Part shown: one piece after another, positions 17,219 to 28,362 of the stretch
Position numbering within the stretch: position 1 is the first letter of the stretch
How the letters are laid out: every line of letters starts with the position of its first letter
NCBI GenBank assembly: GCA_029974275.1
Contig: JARKSN010000278.1
Span: 1-56,575, forward strand
Direction: 5' to 3'
DNA: 56,575 nucleotides
Origin: Candidatus Hydrogenedentota bacterium
Lineage (GTDB): Bacteria; Hydrogenedentota; Hydrogenedentia; Hydrogenedentales; SLHB01
Program-made: the position numbers and the translations under genes
Notes under the pieces: generated by a model
Told to the model about the DNA's origin: nothing
The model's database searches: none
Seen by the model: only the letters and a program-made list of their open reading frames with translations

Positions 17219-18067
17219 ATGCTGAGCCGGATGCTCACGCGAAAAGAGCAAGGCGTGTTGCTTGCGGTCGCCGGATCCATTGCGCTGGGAAGCGTCGTTA
17301 TCTATTTTTTTTCTGCGGAGCGGACAGCCGCGTTGCCGGAGCGGGAGACGTCCGCGTCACGCATCGCGGTGGAAACGGCGCCGCCGTCTCCTGCCGCGGT
17401 TTCGCCGAGTTCAGCGGCATCGCCCAGCGCGTCGCCTCCTATGGAGCCGCCCGGTCCCGCGGCCACGACGGAGTCGTTGGCGCCGCCTCCTGTTCCGCCC
17501 TCTGCTTCGCGCACGCTCGTGGCCGCGATCAATGGAGCCGTCCATGTTCCCGGCGTATACGAATTCAGGGGATCCGCCCGCGTCAAAGACTTGATTGATC
17601 GTGCGGGGGGCGTGCGTGAGGCCGCCGATTTGAGCGATATCAATCTGGCGGCTCCGTTGATCGATGGGACGACGCTGGTGATCCCCGAGGCGGCGGAGGC
17701 TGCGCAACGGGGCGGTCGCGTCGCGATTACGGATGGGCGCGGCGGGGTGGCGCTAAATCCGCCGGCGTATCGCATCTCGGGATGGCAGCCGGCCAATGCG
17801 TCCGCGCCTCAGGATGATGCCGGACTCCGCGAACCATCCCGTCTCCATGATGCGGCCCGCGAGAGCAAGTCTTCAGGGAGCATCAACGTGAACACGGCCA
17901 CGGCGGAAGAATTGGAAGCCCTGCCGGGCATTGGGCCCAAGCTGGCCGGGGAAATCGTTCGTTACCGCGCGCAGAGCCCTTTCCGGGCCGTGGACGATCT
18001 CGACAACGTTCCCGGCATTGGCGCAAAAAAGCTCGAGACGCTGCGTCCTTTTGTTTGTGTGCAGTGA
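17219..18067 (+). CDS. comEA: ComEA-family DNA-binding protein (TM, SLBB, helix-hairpin-helix)
   Basis: GAVHVPGVY, INLAAPLIDG, INVNTATAEELEALPGIGPKLA, VPGIGAK. Confidence 0.9.
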   Translation: MLSRMLTRKEQGVLLAVAGSIALGSVVIYFFSAERTAALPERETSASRIAVETAPPSPAAVSPSSAASPSASPPMEPPGPAATTESLAPPPVPPSASRTLVAAINGAVHVPGVYEFRGSARVKDLIDRAGGVREAADLSDINLAAPLIDGTTLVIPEAAEAAQRGGRVAITDGRGGVALNPPAYRISGWQPANASAPQDDAGLREPSRLHDAARESKSSGSINVNTATAEELEALPGIGPKLAGEIVRYRAQSPFRAVDDLDNVPGIGAKKLETLRPFVCVQ

Positions 18068-18095
18068 GGCGTGATCGGAAGGGGCAGGGTCTTTG

Positions 18096-18826
<731 letters not shown>

Positions 18827-18830
<4 letters not shown>

Positions 18831-19723
18831 GGCGCACTCTCCAATGCGTTGGCGGCCTCGAGCGTTCCCGCTGATTCCACGGCGGGCGCGTTATCGGTCC
18901 GCCGGGCGATTCCTTGCAGCACCTTGCCGGGGCCGCACTCGATAGCGCGGACCGGTCCGAGCGTGCGCATCACGTGCGTCCAGCGGACAGGCGATCGCAT
19001 TTGACGCGCGAGGACGTCGCGGATGGCGGCGGCTGTTTCGACGGCCTCGCCGGTTACGCTGCTGATCACGGCGCAGGCGGGCTGGGAAATGGAAACGCGG
19101 TCCACGAGTCCCCGAAACGCATCGGCGGCAAGACGCATGCAAGAGGAGTGAAACGGTCCGCTGACCGGCAGCGGCAGGACGCGTTTCGCGCCGGCGGCTT
19201 TCAGGATTTCCTCCGCTTTTGAAAGGCCTTCTTTCGTGCCCGTGATGATGGTTTGCTGGGGACCGTTGTAATTGGCGATTTCCGCGCCGTCGGGCAGCAT
19301 CGATTCGATCGTTTCGGGCTCCATGCCCACGACGGCGGTCATGCCGCCTTCCGGGGCTTGTTCGGCCATGAGCCGCGCGCGTTCTTGCACCAGGCGGAAA
19401 CCGGTTTCGAAGCTGAGCGCGCCCGCGACGATGAGCGCCGCGAACTCGCCCAGGCTATGCCCGGCGCATGCGCGCGGGGAAAATCCTCGCGACTCGAGAT
19501 GCCGCGCGATGGCCACGTCGGCGGTCAGCAAGGCCGGTTGCGCCACGCGCGTGTCGGTGAGCGCGGCTTCCGGCCCTTCGAACATCGCCTGCAGCAATTC
19601 CGGACCGGCCAAGGCCGCCGCCGTGTCAAAGACTTGGCGCGCTGGGATCGATCCGGCGCTGTAAAAATCCCGGCCCATGCCGACGGCCTGGCTGCCTTGC
19701 CCGGGGAAAAGAAAGACGCTCAT
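18827..19723 (-). CDS. fabD: Malonyl-CoA:ACP transacylase
   Basis: FPGQGSQ, GHSLGE, LPVSGPFHS, PVRW. Confidence 0.95.
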
Positions 19724-20751
19724 GGTTTCGACTCCGCGGCATTCAGCGCCGCCTCGGCGTTGCGCAACTCTTCCGCACCGTCCCGGATGCGCTCGTTGAT
19801 GTTCGCTTCAACGGCCAAACGCGCTCCAAAAATAGCATTCGCCACGCCCCGCGCCATGGCCGATCCGTGCAAGATGATCACGGTGCCGTTCACGCCAAGC
19901 AGCGGCGCGCCGAAGTATTCGTTGGGGTCGACGTCGTGCCGGATGCGTTTGAAGGCTCCGTAGGCGAACAATCCGCCCAGCATGCTGATCCAGGTGCGGC
20001 GAAATTCCCGTTTGATGATATGCGACACGAGCCCCCCGGCGGCTTCCGTGGTTTTCAACACCATATTGCCGACGAAGCCGTCGCAGACGACGACATCGGC
20101 TTGCCCTTCGAACATGGCGCGCGGTTCGATGTTGCCGATGAAGTTGATGTTTGTCGCCGCGCTGAGATTGCGATGCACCGTTTTGGTGACGTCGTTGCCC
20201 TTGAGTTGTTCTTCGCCAATGTTGAGCAGGCCCACGCGTGGATTCGCGACGTCCAACACGAATTTCGAGTAAATGGCGCCCATTTCGGCGAAATCGCACA
20301 AATGCCGCGCGCTGCAGTCGACGTTCGCGCCGAGGTCGACCAGCAAGACTTTGCCGTTTTTCGTCGGCAATTGCTGGCAGATCGGGGAACGGGCGACCCC
20401 TCGGATGGGGCCTAGAATCGTGCGCGCGGCCATCATCACCGCGCCGGTGTTGCCCGCACTGACAAAACCGGCGGCTTCGCCGTGTTTGACGAGCCGCAGG
20501 CCGACGAGGATGGAGGCGTCTTTTTTCTGGCGGACGGCTTGGATGGGCGAGTCGTGCATGGCGATAACCTGTGAGGCATGCACGATCGATATCTTGCCGC
20601 GCTTGGGATAGATCTCGAGCGCCGATTGCAGCATTGTCTCGTCGCCGACGAGCAGGATTTCCACGTCGCCCGCCAGACTTGCGTCCACGGCGCCGCGCAC
20701 TTCGGGCCCCGGAGCCTTGTCCGACCCCATGGCGTCAACGGCGATTCGCAT
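19720..20751 (-). CDS. plsX: Phosphate acyltransferase PlsX
   Basis: IAVDAMGSD, SAGNTGA, DLGANVD, LLNIGEE, CDGFVGN. Confidence 0.96.
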   Translation of the reverse strand: MRIAVDAMGSDKAPGPEVRGAVDASLAGDVEILLVGDETMLQSALEIYPKRGKISIVHASQVIAMHDSPIQAVRQKKDASILVGLRLVKHGEAAGFVSAGNTGAVMMAARTILGPIRGVARSPICQQLPTKNGKVLLVDLGANVDCSARHLCDFAEMGAIYSKFVLDVANPRVGLLNIGEEQLKGNDVTKTVHRNLSAATNINFIGNIEPRAMFEGQADVVVCDGFVGNMVLKTTEAAGGLVSHIIKREFRRTWISMLGGLFAYGAFKRIRHDVDPNEYFGAPLLGVNGTVIILHGSAMARGVANAIFGARLAVEANINERIRDGAEELRNAEAALNAAESKP

Positions 20752-20955
20752 GGCTACCCCCTGGCCGGTCGGTCGTAGAAAAAAGGTTTACCGCAAAAAA
20801 CGGGCTGCAGAAGAGAAACGCGACGCGCCAGGCGATATCGAGAGTTGGCGGCGCTCATGATCCCCGACAGTCCACGACCCCGCAACGCAAAGATCGCCCG
20901 CGCGCTCTGCGTGCGGGTTCTTGGCGTGACGCGACAACGAACCAGCGACAATGCT

Positions 20956-21138
20956 TTAGTCGTTCGAGACGTTGATGACCAACCGCTCGCCGTAATGTCC
21001 GCATTTCGGGCACACGCGATGCGGCATTGCTTTTTCGCCGCAATTCGGACAATCCGCCAAGCTGTGAGCGCGCAATGCATGGTGCGACCTGCGGGTGTTG
21101 CGGCGCGTTTTGCCTGTTCTTCTCTTGGGTACCGGCAC
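20956..21138 (-). CDS. rpmF: 50S ribosomal protein L32
   Basis: VPKRRT, CPNCG..PHRVCPKCGHY. Confidence 0.96.
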   Translation of the reverse strand: MPVPKRRTGKTRRNTRRSHHALRAHSLADCPNCGEKAMPHRVCPKCGHYGERLVINVSND

Positions 21139-21141
21139 CGA

Positions 21142-21729
21142 TCAATCCTCCGACGGCTTCTTGGGCAAATCTGGAAACAATTTTTCCAGACCGGCCAGGC
21201 CTTTGTTTTCCCATGGACCCTGCGCATTGTCTTCGCGGCACGCACAGGCCTCTCGGTTCAGATTCGCCCCGCACCGGGGACATAGCCCCGCACAGGTCTC
21301 CTTGCACAAAAACTTCGGCGGTATCGCGAACACCGCCTCTTCCCACGCACGCGGCGCCAAATCAATTTCCGACCCGGAAAAATGCGTGATGTCCGCCGCT
21401 TCATCCGCCTGCGCGTCTTCCAGGCTGAACTCCGTCCCTGCGTCCAGCGGCGTCTCCGGCTCGCCCTGCGCGAACGCCCAGATCGCTTCCGCCTCGAACG
21501 CCACCGATGTCGGGTCCAGACAGCGATCGCAGGTCGTCTCGTAGTTTCCGCAAACGGACCCTAGGAAGACGTACGTCTCGCCCGTTTTGGTCATCCGGCC
21601 CTGCACCGAAACCGGGCCTAACGGCAATGCCATCGCCCGGTTAGGCTGCAACAATTCCCCGGGGACGACGGCATCCACCGTATATCCCTCTTCGGTGACA
21701 AGGGATAGATCTATTCGGAGATCATTCAC
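21142..21729 (-). CDS. yceD: DUF177/YceD family protein
   Basis: CDRCL and LCKETCAGLCPRCGANLN; immediately upstream of rpmF. Confidence 0.9.
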   Translation of the reverse strand: MNDLRIDLSLVTEEGYTVDAVVPGELLQPNRAMALPLGPVSVQGRMTKTGETYVFLGSVCGNYETTCDRCLDPTSVAFEAEAIWAFAQGEPETPLDAGTEFSLEDAQADEAADITHFSGSEIDLAPRAWEEAVFAIPPKFLCKETCAGLCPRCGANLNREACACREDNAQGPWENKGLAGLEKLFPDLPKKPSED

Positions 21730-21860
21730 CTTCCATCGACTCCACAAGCGCAACAGACCCGGAAGCGTAGCAAAATAGCCAAAACCAAGTCAAGAGCCGC
21801 GAGATCGTCCGGACCGCCCGGCGCTGTCTCTGTCTTTCCTGAGTTGGGAGGGCGGGGCGT

Positions 21861-21890
21861 TTGACTCGCGCCGCGTTTCTATGGTATCGT
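21861..21890 (+). promoter_or_regulatory. Putative sigma70 promoter (extended -10) of nadX
   Basis: TTGACT-N18-TATCGT with TG extension. Confidence 0.45.
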
Positions 21891-22027
21891 GCCCGGCGCG
21901 TTTGTTTGGATATTTTGGGCGAATGCCCGAGCTGCATAGGATGCATGGGCGTCGGCGCGGCAACGGGCGCGTTTTCGCGGTGTTTCGTTCGATCGCCGCC
22001 CAGGAGGCGGGTCAACATAGGTTTGCA

Positions 22028-22837
22028 ATGGCCAAGATGCGCGTGGGGCTTGTCGGTTGCGGCAATATCGGAGCCGACATATGTATCGCCTTGCAGAAAG
22101 GGACGATACCGGCTGTCGTTGCCGCGTTGACCGATGTGGATGCCGTGCGCGCCGAACGGTTGCGGCGGACGTTTCAGCTCGACGCGTGCGTTGGCGCGTT
22201 GGATGAGGCGGCGGCGACGGTGGATTTTTTGGCCGAATGCGCCGATCCGTCCGCAGTGGAAGGCGTGGTGTCTGCGGCCATCGCGCGGCGGATCGATTGT
22301 TTGATTATGAGCGTGGGCGGCTTGATGGCCCAGCCGACGTTGTTGGAGATGGCGCGTGAAAGCCGGATACAAATCCGGGTTCCGTCCGGGGCCTTGTGCG
22401 GGTTGGACGGCATTCGTGCGGCGATGGAGGGCGGCGTTCACAGCGTGACGCTGACGACGCGGAAGCCGCCAAAGGGTTTGGCGGGCGCGCCGTATCTGGC
22501 AGAGCAGGGCGTCGACGTCATGGCGCTGACGAAGCCGACCGTGGTGTTTGAAGGCACGGCGGTCGAGGCGGTCCGGGCGTTTCCGAAGAACGTCAACGTC
22601 GCGGCGGCGTTGAGTTTGGCGGGTCTTGGCCCGCATGAAACGCGGGTGCGCGTGATCGCGGATCCGACGGCTTCGGTGAACAGTCATGAGATCGTGGCGG
22701 AAGGGGCTTTTGGCAGGTTGCAGACGTTGACGGAGAACTTGCCGTCGCCCAGGAATCCGAAATCGAGTTATTTGGCTTCGTTGTCCGCGGTGTCGGAATT
22801 GCGCGCGGCGGCGGAGGCTTTTGCGGCGCAGAAGTAA
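22028..22837 (+). CDS. nadX: L-aspartate dehydrogenase
   Basis: GCGNIG, MSVGG, PSGALCGLD, TRKPP, FPKNVNVAA, NPKSSYLA. Confidence 0.92.
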   Translation: MAKMRVGLVGCGNIGADICIALQKGTIPAVVAALTDVDAVRAERLRRTFQLDACVGALDEAAATVDFLAECADPSAVEGVVSAAIARRIDCLIMSVGGLMAQPTLLEMARESRIQIRVPSGALCGLDGIRAAMEGGVHSVTLTTRKPPKGLAGAPYLAEQGVDVMALTKPTVVFEGTAVEAVRAFPKNVNVAAALSLAGLGPHETRVRVIADPTASVNSHEIVAEGAFGRLQTLTENLPSPRNPKSSYLASLSAVSELRAAAEAFAAQK

Positions 22838-22974
22838 GGCGGAGCGCTGACGCGGAGAGACCGGGGCGCCGCGAGCGTTGTTTTTTCTCGGAGCGCTCCG
22901 TTGATCGTTGCGTCGGGTGATGATCTTGATGTTATGCAAAGGGATACAGTTCAGGAACCGTGGAGAGTAAGGAC

Positions 22975-23286
22975 ATGTACGCAGTCGTAACAACCGGTGG
23001 CAAGCAGGTCCGGGTGGCCCAGGGGCAGATGTTTCGCGTTGAAAAGATCGAAGCGCCTGTCGGCGACACGATCGAGCTGAGCAAGGTGAATCTGCTGGCC
23101 AAGGATGATCAGTTGGTCGTTGATCCAGCTGTGCTTGCGAGCGCGAAGGTGGTGTGCACCGTCATGGGGCAGGGCCGCGCGAAGAAGATTCGCGTGTTCA
23201 AGAAGAAGCGTCGCAAGAATTATACGCGCACGCAGGGCCATCGTCAGCACTACACGGAATTGAAGGTTCGCGAGATCGTCGCCTAG
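22975..23286 (+). CDS. rplU: 50S ribosomal protein L21
   Basis: MYAVVTTGGKQ, KKRRKNY, GHRQ. Confidence 0.97.
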   Translation: MYAVVTTGGKQVRVAQGQMFRVEKIEAPVGDTIELSKVNLLAKDDQLVVDPAVLASAKVVCTVMGQGRAKKIRVFKKKRRKNYTRTQGHRQHYTELKVREIVA

Positions 23287-23319
23287 CGGCGCTCCTCGCA
23301 CACAGGGAGAAGATCACAC

Positions 23320-23583
23320 ATGGCTCACAAGAAAGCAGGCGGCAGTTCGCGCAATGGGCGCGATAGCCACGCGCAACGGCTGGGCGTGAAGAAGTTCGGC
23401 GGTCAAGCCGTCGTCGCCGGCAACATCATCATTCGTCAACGCGGCACCAAGGTCGCTCCCGGCAAAAACGTCGGCGTTGGGCGCGATCACACCTTGTTCG
23501 CGCTGGTCGACGGGGTCGTCCATTTTCGCCATGCCTCCAAGGAGCGCAAGTGCGTGGACGTGCTTCCTGTCGCGGCTGAATAA
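23320..23583 (+). CDS. rpmA: 50S ribosomal protein L27
   Basis: [22 protein letters not shown]. Confidence 0.98.
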   Translation: MAHKKAGGSSRNGRDSHAQRLGVKKFGGQAVVAGNIIIRQRGTKVAPGKNVGVGRDHTLFALVDGVVHFRHASKERKCVDVLPVAAE

Positions 23584-23607
23584 TGCCTCTTTCGGCGGCT
23601 GACCAGC

Positions 23608-24861
23608 ATGTTTGTCGATCGCGTACGCGTTAGGGTCAGCGCCGGACGAGGGGGCAACGGATGTTGTAGCTTCCGGCGGGAGAAGTATGTTCCCCACGGG
23701 GGACCCAATGGCGGAGACGGCGGGCACGGCGGCGATGTTTATTTCGTGGCCGATGCCCGTTTGACGTCTCTGCTCGATTTGCATTACCACGCGCAATGGC
23801 GCGGCGTCCCCGGCGAACACGGCCAGGGCAGCGATTGCCACGGCAAGAACGGTCCGGACACCCTTGTCTCCGTTCCGCCGGGCACGATTGTCTGTAATTT
23901 CGAAACCGGCGAACCCGTCGCCGATCTCGCCGAACCGGGTCAGCGATTCCTCGCGGGCAAAGGCGGGCGCGGGGGGCGCGGCAATGCCCGGTTTGTCTCC
24001 TCGACCCATCGCGCGCCCCGATTTGCGGAACTTGGCGAACCCGGCGAGGAGAAGGAATACCGCCTTGAGTTGAAGCTGATCGCCGAAGTCGGCCTGGTTG
24101 GGTTTCCCAATGCCGGCAAATCCACCCTGCTCGCCGCGTTGACCGCCGCTAAACCCAAGATTGCCGACTACCCTTTCACGACGTTGTCGCCCAATCTTGG
24201 CGTTGCGATGTTGAGCGATTACCGCACGCTCACTCTTGCGGACATTCCCGGCATTATCGAAGGCGCCGCGCAGGGCAAAGGGCTTGGCCACGATTTCTTG
24301 CGCCACATCGAACGCACCCGGGCGCTGCTTTTCGTCATTGATCTCGGCGATGACGACCCCGTCCGCACGCGCGATCTGCTGGAGGCGGAACTCGCGCAAC
24401 ACAGCCCCGTGTTTGCCGCGCGTCCGCACGTATATGCCCTCAACAAAGCCGACATCCCCGAAAACCGAGACCGCTCCGAGGCGATCGCCAAGCGGTTCGA
24501 TGACACATGCATCATTTCCGCCGCAACCGGCGAAGGCCTGCAGGAACTGCTTGAGCGTCTGTGGCAGATCGTCGATCGCGTCCGCCGCGAAGACGAGGCC
24601 GCCCCTGTCGTTCCGGAAGAACACGAGATCGGTTACGAGCCGCCTTTCGTCATCGAGCGCGACGGCGAAGGATTTCGCGTTCAAGGCGCGACCGTTCTGC
24701 GCGCCGTCCGCATGACCAACTTCGACAACGAAGAGGCTCTCCGCCATCTCCAAACGCGCCTTCACAAAATGGGGCTTTTCCGCGCTCTCAAGCGCCTTGG
24801 CGCCCGTGAGGGACAAGCCATTTTCATTGGCGATGTCGAGTTGGAATACCAAGAAGACTGA
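23608..24861 (+). CDS. obgE: GTPase Obg/CgtA
   Basis: Gly-rich Obg fold, GFPNAGKST, YPFTT, DIPG, NKAD. Confidence 0.97.
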   Translation: MFVDRVRVRVSAGRGGNGCCSFRREKYVPHGGPNGGDGGHGGDVYFVADARLTSLLDLHYHAQWRGVPGEHGQGSDCHGKNGPDTLVSVPPGTIVCNFETGEPVADLAEPGQRFLAGKGGRGGRGNARFVSSTHRAPRFAELGEPGEEKEYRLELKLIAEVGLVGFPNAGKSTLLAALTAAKPKIADYPFTTLSPNLGVAMLSDYRTLTLADIPGIIEGAAQGKGLGHDFLRHIERTRALLFVIDLGDDDPVRTRDLLEAELAQHSPVFAARPHVYALNKADIPENRDRSEAIAKRFDDTCIISAATGEGLQELLERLWQIVDRVRREDEAAPVVPEEHEIGYEPPFVIERDGEGFRVQGATVLRAVRMTNFDNEEALRHLQTRLHKMGLFRALKRLGAREGQAIFIGDVELEYQED

Positions 24862-24960
24862 CCGCATGTTTCGAAACCTCTCGTGAGCGCCGGGAAAAAC
24901 GCTGTGACCGGGCGGGGGGGCTGCGTTTTACGGTTTTCTGTGGTTGAAGATTCTTAAGCC

Positions 24961-25124
24961 CGCCAGGCACGGAGACCGAGCGCGCTTTTGGCGGCGCGGA
25001 TATCGTCGACGGCGGTCCGGATCTCGATCGCTGTGGATTCTCTGGTTCTGTTCGCTCCGGCAAATCTGCATGTATGCATCCGTTATCTCCCTCAAAACCG
25101 CCCGGCACGGAGACCGGGCGCTAC
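24961..25124 (-). repeat. Pair of GTAG-type REPs between convergent obgE and exbD
   Basis: Degenerate copy 24961-24982 (CGCCAGGCACGGAGACCGAGCG) and intact copy 25099-25124. Confidence 0.8.
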
Positions 25125-25204
25125 GAAGAGGGATCATCTTCTCTGGCGTGGTGGTTCGTGGCGGTTTTGTGTGCAGAAGGCGGGGGAGGCGGGCGGAAGA
25201 AGGG

Positions 25205-25648
25205 TTAGGGCGATGTCGTTTTGCGGGGGGGAGGGGGAGGAGCGGCGGTTGGCGAGGGACTTTCCATGATGGAAACTTTTGCAACGCCGGCGATCCGGGC
25301 CGCGTCCATGACGCGAATCATGGCTTCGAGGGTCGCTTCGGCGTTGGATTCGATGATGAGGCCGTCGGGATGCGTTGCGGCGTCGGCGCGGATGGCCGCC
25401 GTCAAGCCCTCGGCGGGAATGGTTTCGCCGGCCACGCGGTACGTTCCCTGGGCGTCGATTTCGACCCGCGTTTTTTTGGGTTCGTCTCGGGATTCGTCTG
25501 CGACGGCGGGAGCCATCAGGGCGACGTTGAGTCCGCGGTATTCCAGCATGGGGGCGACGACCATCATGATGATGAGCAAGACGAGAAAGATATCTGTCAG
25601 GGGGGTGATGTTGATTTCGTCGAAGATGTTTTTTTCGGCTGTTTTCAT
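25205..25648 (-). CDS. exbD: ExbD/TolR-family protein
   Basis: EINITPLTDIFLVLLIIMMV TM motif with conserved Asp. Confidence 0.9.
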   Translation of the reverse strand: MKTAEKNIFDEINITPLTDIFLVLLIIMMVVAPMLEYRGLNVALMAPAVADESRDEPKKTRVEIDAQGTYRVAGETIPAEGLTAAIRADAATHPDGLIIESNAEATLEAMIRVMDAARIAGVAKVSIMESPSPTAAPPPPPRKTTSP

Positions 25649-26115
25649 GGCGCGGGCGCTCCTTCGGGGGGGCGCTGGGCTTCGGGGGGCGGGGCGGTTT
25701 CACGCGAGACTTGGCTTTCGCCGGCGACCGTGACCATGTCGAAGCCGGCCTGTTCGGCGGCTTCGAAGACTCGCATGATGGCTTGGCTTTTTGCGTGTTT
25801 GTCGCCGCGCACGACAAGGTTTTTCCCCTGGAGCATGGGAAGCCGCGCGGCAAAGGCGTCGCGCAATGCGTCGACCGGCACTTCGTCGCCGTCGAGGTAG
25901 CAGCGTCCGTCGGCGCCGACTTCGATGGTCAACCATTTTTGATCGAGGGTTCCGCCGCCGGTGATGGAGGGGGGCCGGATGTCTTGGCGCGCCTTGAGCA
26001 TCATGGGGGCGACAACCATCATGATGATGAGCAGGACGAGGAAGATGTCGGTCAAGGGCGTGATGTTGATTTCGCCGAAGACTTGTTGACCGTGTTTTTG
26101 AGCGGCATTGGCCAT
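25645..26115 (-). CDS. exbD: ExbD/TolR-family protein
   Basis: EINITPLTDIFLVLLIIMMV; VVRGDK. Confidence 0.9.
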   Translation of the reverse strand: MANAAQKHGQQVFGEINITPLTDIFLVLLIIMMVVAPMMLKARQDIRPPSITGGGTLDQKWLTIEVGADGRCYLDGDEVPVDALRDAFAARLPMLQGKNLVVRGDKHAKSQAIMRVFEAAEQAGFDMVTVAGESQVSRETAPPPEAQRPPEGAPAP

Positions 26116-26133
26116 GATGCGCGGGGCTCCGCG

Positions 26134-26805
26134 TTATATTTGGACTCGGTCCTGGCTCTGGCGCGGCGTGACGCCCCGGCGCAATTGGGCGCGCGACTGG
26201 CTTTCGGCTGCGCTGAGGAAGAGCAGTTTCAGGAGTTCGAAATCGGCTGCGTATTGGTTCACGATGGAATGGAAGCGGTTGTTGAGGGTGACGGAGAGAA
26301 TCGCCACGCCCAAGCCGAAGGCCGTGGCGATCAGGGCGGAGCCGATGCCGAACATGATTTCGGCTGCGCCGCCGCCGCCGCCTGTTTTGGCCATGTCGCC
26401 GAAGGTCAGGAGGATGCGGATGACTGTGCCGAAGAGGCCGAGGTAAGGCGAGATGGTTGCGATGGTGGCCAGGATGGATAGGTTGTGCGCCAATCCGCGC
26501 GTAGCCAGCGAGGTGGTGATGTCGAAGAGGCGTTCGAAGGTTTCCGGGTGACTTTGGAGGATGCGGGTTCCTTCTTCGGCGACTTCGCCGATGACGCCGC
26601 CTTCTTTTTCGGCGAGCCGCCGTGCATGTTCCACGCTTTGATCGAGTTCGCGTTGCAGATTGTGGACAAAGCGAACGACGTTGCGTTTGTTGGAGCGGTA
26701 CAGCCAGGTGCGTTCGATGGCCACGGCGAACATGAGCACGCTGCACAGAACGATGGGCAACAAGACGGCCCAGTCGTGCACAATCGAGTACCATAGAAGG
26801 TCCAT
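26134..26805 (-). CDS. exbB: MotA/TolQ/ExbB proton channel protein
   Basis: LATIATISPYLGLFGTV, GIGSALIATAFGLGVAI. Confidence 0.9.
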   Translation of the reverse strand: MDLLWYSIVHDWAVLLPIVLCSVLMFAVAIERTWLYRSNKRNVVRFVHNLQRELDQSVEHARRLAEKEGGVIGEVAEEGTRILQSHPETFERLFDITTSLATRGLAHNLSILATIATISPYLGLFGTVIRILLTFGDMAKTGGGGGAAEIMFGIGSALIATAFGLGVAILSVTLNNRFHSIVNQYAADFELLKLLFLSAAESQSRAQLRRGVTPRQSQDRVQI

Positions 26806-27086
26806 ACGCTACGCAGTTTCTCCCGGTCTGGGTTGTTGTCGTGAACAAGCCGATCCGTCTCGCGTTTTTCGCAGCGTTGCCTGTCGGCGTTGGGGCTGCG
26901 CGCCTGCGCGGGGCGAGGATGTTTCACGAGTTCACGTTTTCAGACGAGACCTTTTCGTGGGGTTGCCTCCAAGAGGGGATTTCTCGGGAAACCCTCGGTC
27001 CATGGTGGCGGCATCCCCACGGTATCCAACATATTGTGCATGGAAGGGTGACAAAATACAACTTCGTTGGAGCTTGGGGCGGGGGA

Positions 27087-28034
27087 TTATGGAGGCGGCG
27101 GGGCTGGAGAGGGCGTTGGGTGCGCTGCGAAGAAGGCGCCGATCGCTTCGGAGGCGCTGAAGTCGCGCGAGATGCGGCCTATCAGGAAGGTGAGGAGCGT
27201 GCTGGCCTGTCCCGGCCATGTGTGCCCGCCTCCTTCGACGGCATACAGGACGACGGTGGCGCCGTCGCGTCCATTGGGGTAGAGGGTCCGGTGCGTGCGC
27301 GTGCCGTCGGCGGGATCGGCGTCGATCAGCGTGGCGGGTTTTGTAGGTCGCTCGCACAGGTTTCTGGCGGCATAGTGCGTGGCGGTGTCGGGCGCGGACA
27401 GGAGGTTGATGCTGGCTCCTGGGCCGAGGTTCACGTTGCCGCCTGCATAGGGGACGATGCGGTCGTCGGTTCCGTGAATGATGAGCATGGGGATGGGGCG
27501 CTGCGAGGCGTCTTGCGTCAGGAGTTTTTGAGGGAATGTTCCCATGACCGTGGCGGCGGCGGCAAAGCGCGGCGATTGCGTCACGAGGCGGTGCGTCAGC
27601 ATGCTACCTGCCGATGCGCCCGCGATGTAGATGCGCGTCGGATCGATGGGGTATCGCTGCTGTAGATCGTCGATCAGGGCGTGGATGAAGCCGGCGTCGT
27701 TTGCGCGGCTGCCGCCGAGGGGGCGCCCGTCGCTTTCGCTTTCCAGGTTCCATACGCGTCGCACTCCGTCGGGGTAAGCGACGATATAGCCGTATTGGTC
27801 GGCGATTCGATTGAATCCGGTGAGGCGTTGCATCCGGTCGCCGCTGAGGAAGGCTGGGTGCAGCAATACCGCCAGGGGCATCGGGGTTTTGACGGAATGC
27901 ATGGCTGGGACATGCAGCGTGTAGGTGCGGGTCTTTCCTTCAAAGACCAGCGTCTGTTTGTTTCCCATGGGACAACCGATCGTGGCGACGACAACGATCG
28001 TCAGCAGGCTCGCCATGCGGCATGGGTTTGCCAT
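27087..28034 (-). CDS. Exported PHB-depolymerase/LpqC-family esterase
   Basis: Signal peptide ending IGC; VAYPDG, IDPTRIY, GASAG nucleophile, HGTDD, GGGHTWPG. Confidence 0.85.
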   Translation of the reverse strand: MANPCRMASLLTIVVVATIGCPMGNKQTLVFEGKTRTYTLHVPAMHSVKTPMPLAVLLHPAFLSGDRMQRLTGFNRIADQYGYIVAYPDGVRRVWNLESESDGRPLGGSRANDAGFIHALIDDLQQRYPIDPTRIYIAGASAGSMLTHRLVTQSPRFAAAATVMGTFPQKLLTQDASQRPIPMLIIHGTDDRIVPYAGGNVNLGPGASINLLSAPDTATHYAARNLCERPTKPATLIDADPADGTRTHRTLYPNGRDGATVVLYAVEGGGHTWPGQASTLLTFLIGRISRDFSASEAIGAFFAAHPTPSPAPPPP

Positions 28035-28159
28035 GGTTCTGTTCTCCTTGGATTTTCTGAGCGCTCGCGTTTTCCGGACGGTCTTCGCGCGCTTTGGATA
28101 TGTAAACTAACTGATTGTAACACAATAAGTTAAAAAGGGTAAGCGGCGTGGCGGGCTGT

Positions 28160-28189
28160 TTGACTTATCGTGCTTTTTTGTGCTATTGT
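28160..28189 (+). promoter_or_regulatory. Putative sigma70 promoter of the ileS operon
   Basis: TTGACT-N18-TATTGT with TG extension. Confidence 0.5.
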
Positions 28190-28362
28190 CTCCGCCACTT
28201 TGCAGGGAAGAGGACGTTTCGGTCCCGAAGGGGAGCCGGTGTTATCCCTTGTTTCGTAATCCGTGCGCGCGTGATGTGCAGGAAGCAAACGAGGTTTCCC
28301 GCAGGCGCGATGGCGCTGTTTTTGGGCCGTATGGTTCCCGACATGTTCGAGAAGATCCCAGC

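Noticed and set aside
24983..25098. RAYT transposase remnant between the two REPs
   Set aside because: No HUH or other Y1-transposase motif in the frames examined
28190..28362. T-box leader before ileS
   Set aside because: No recognisable T-box consensus (GGTGGNACCGCG) or terminator
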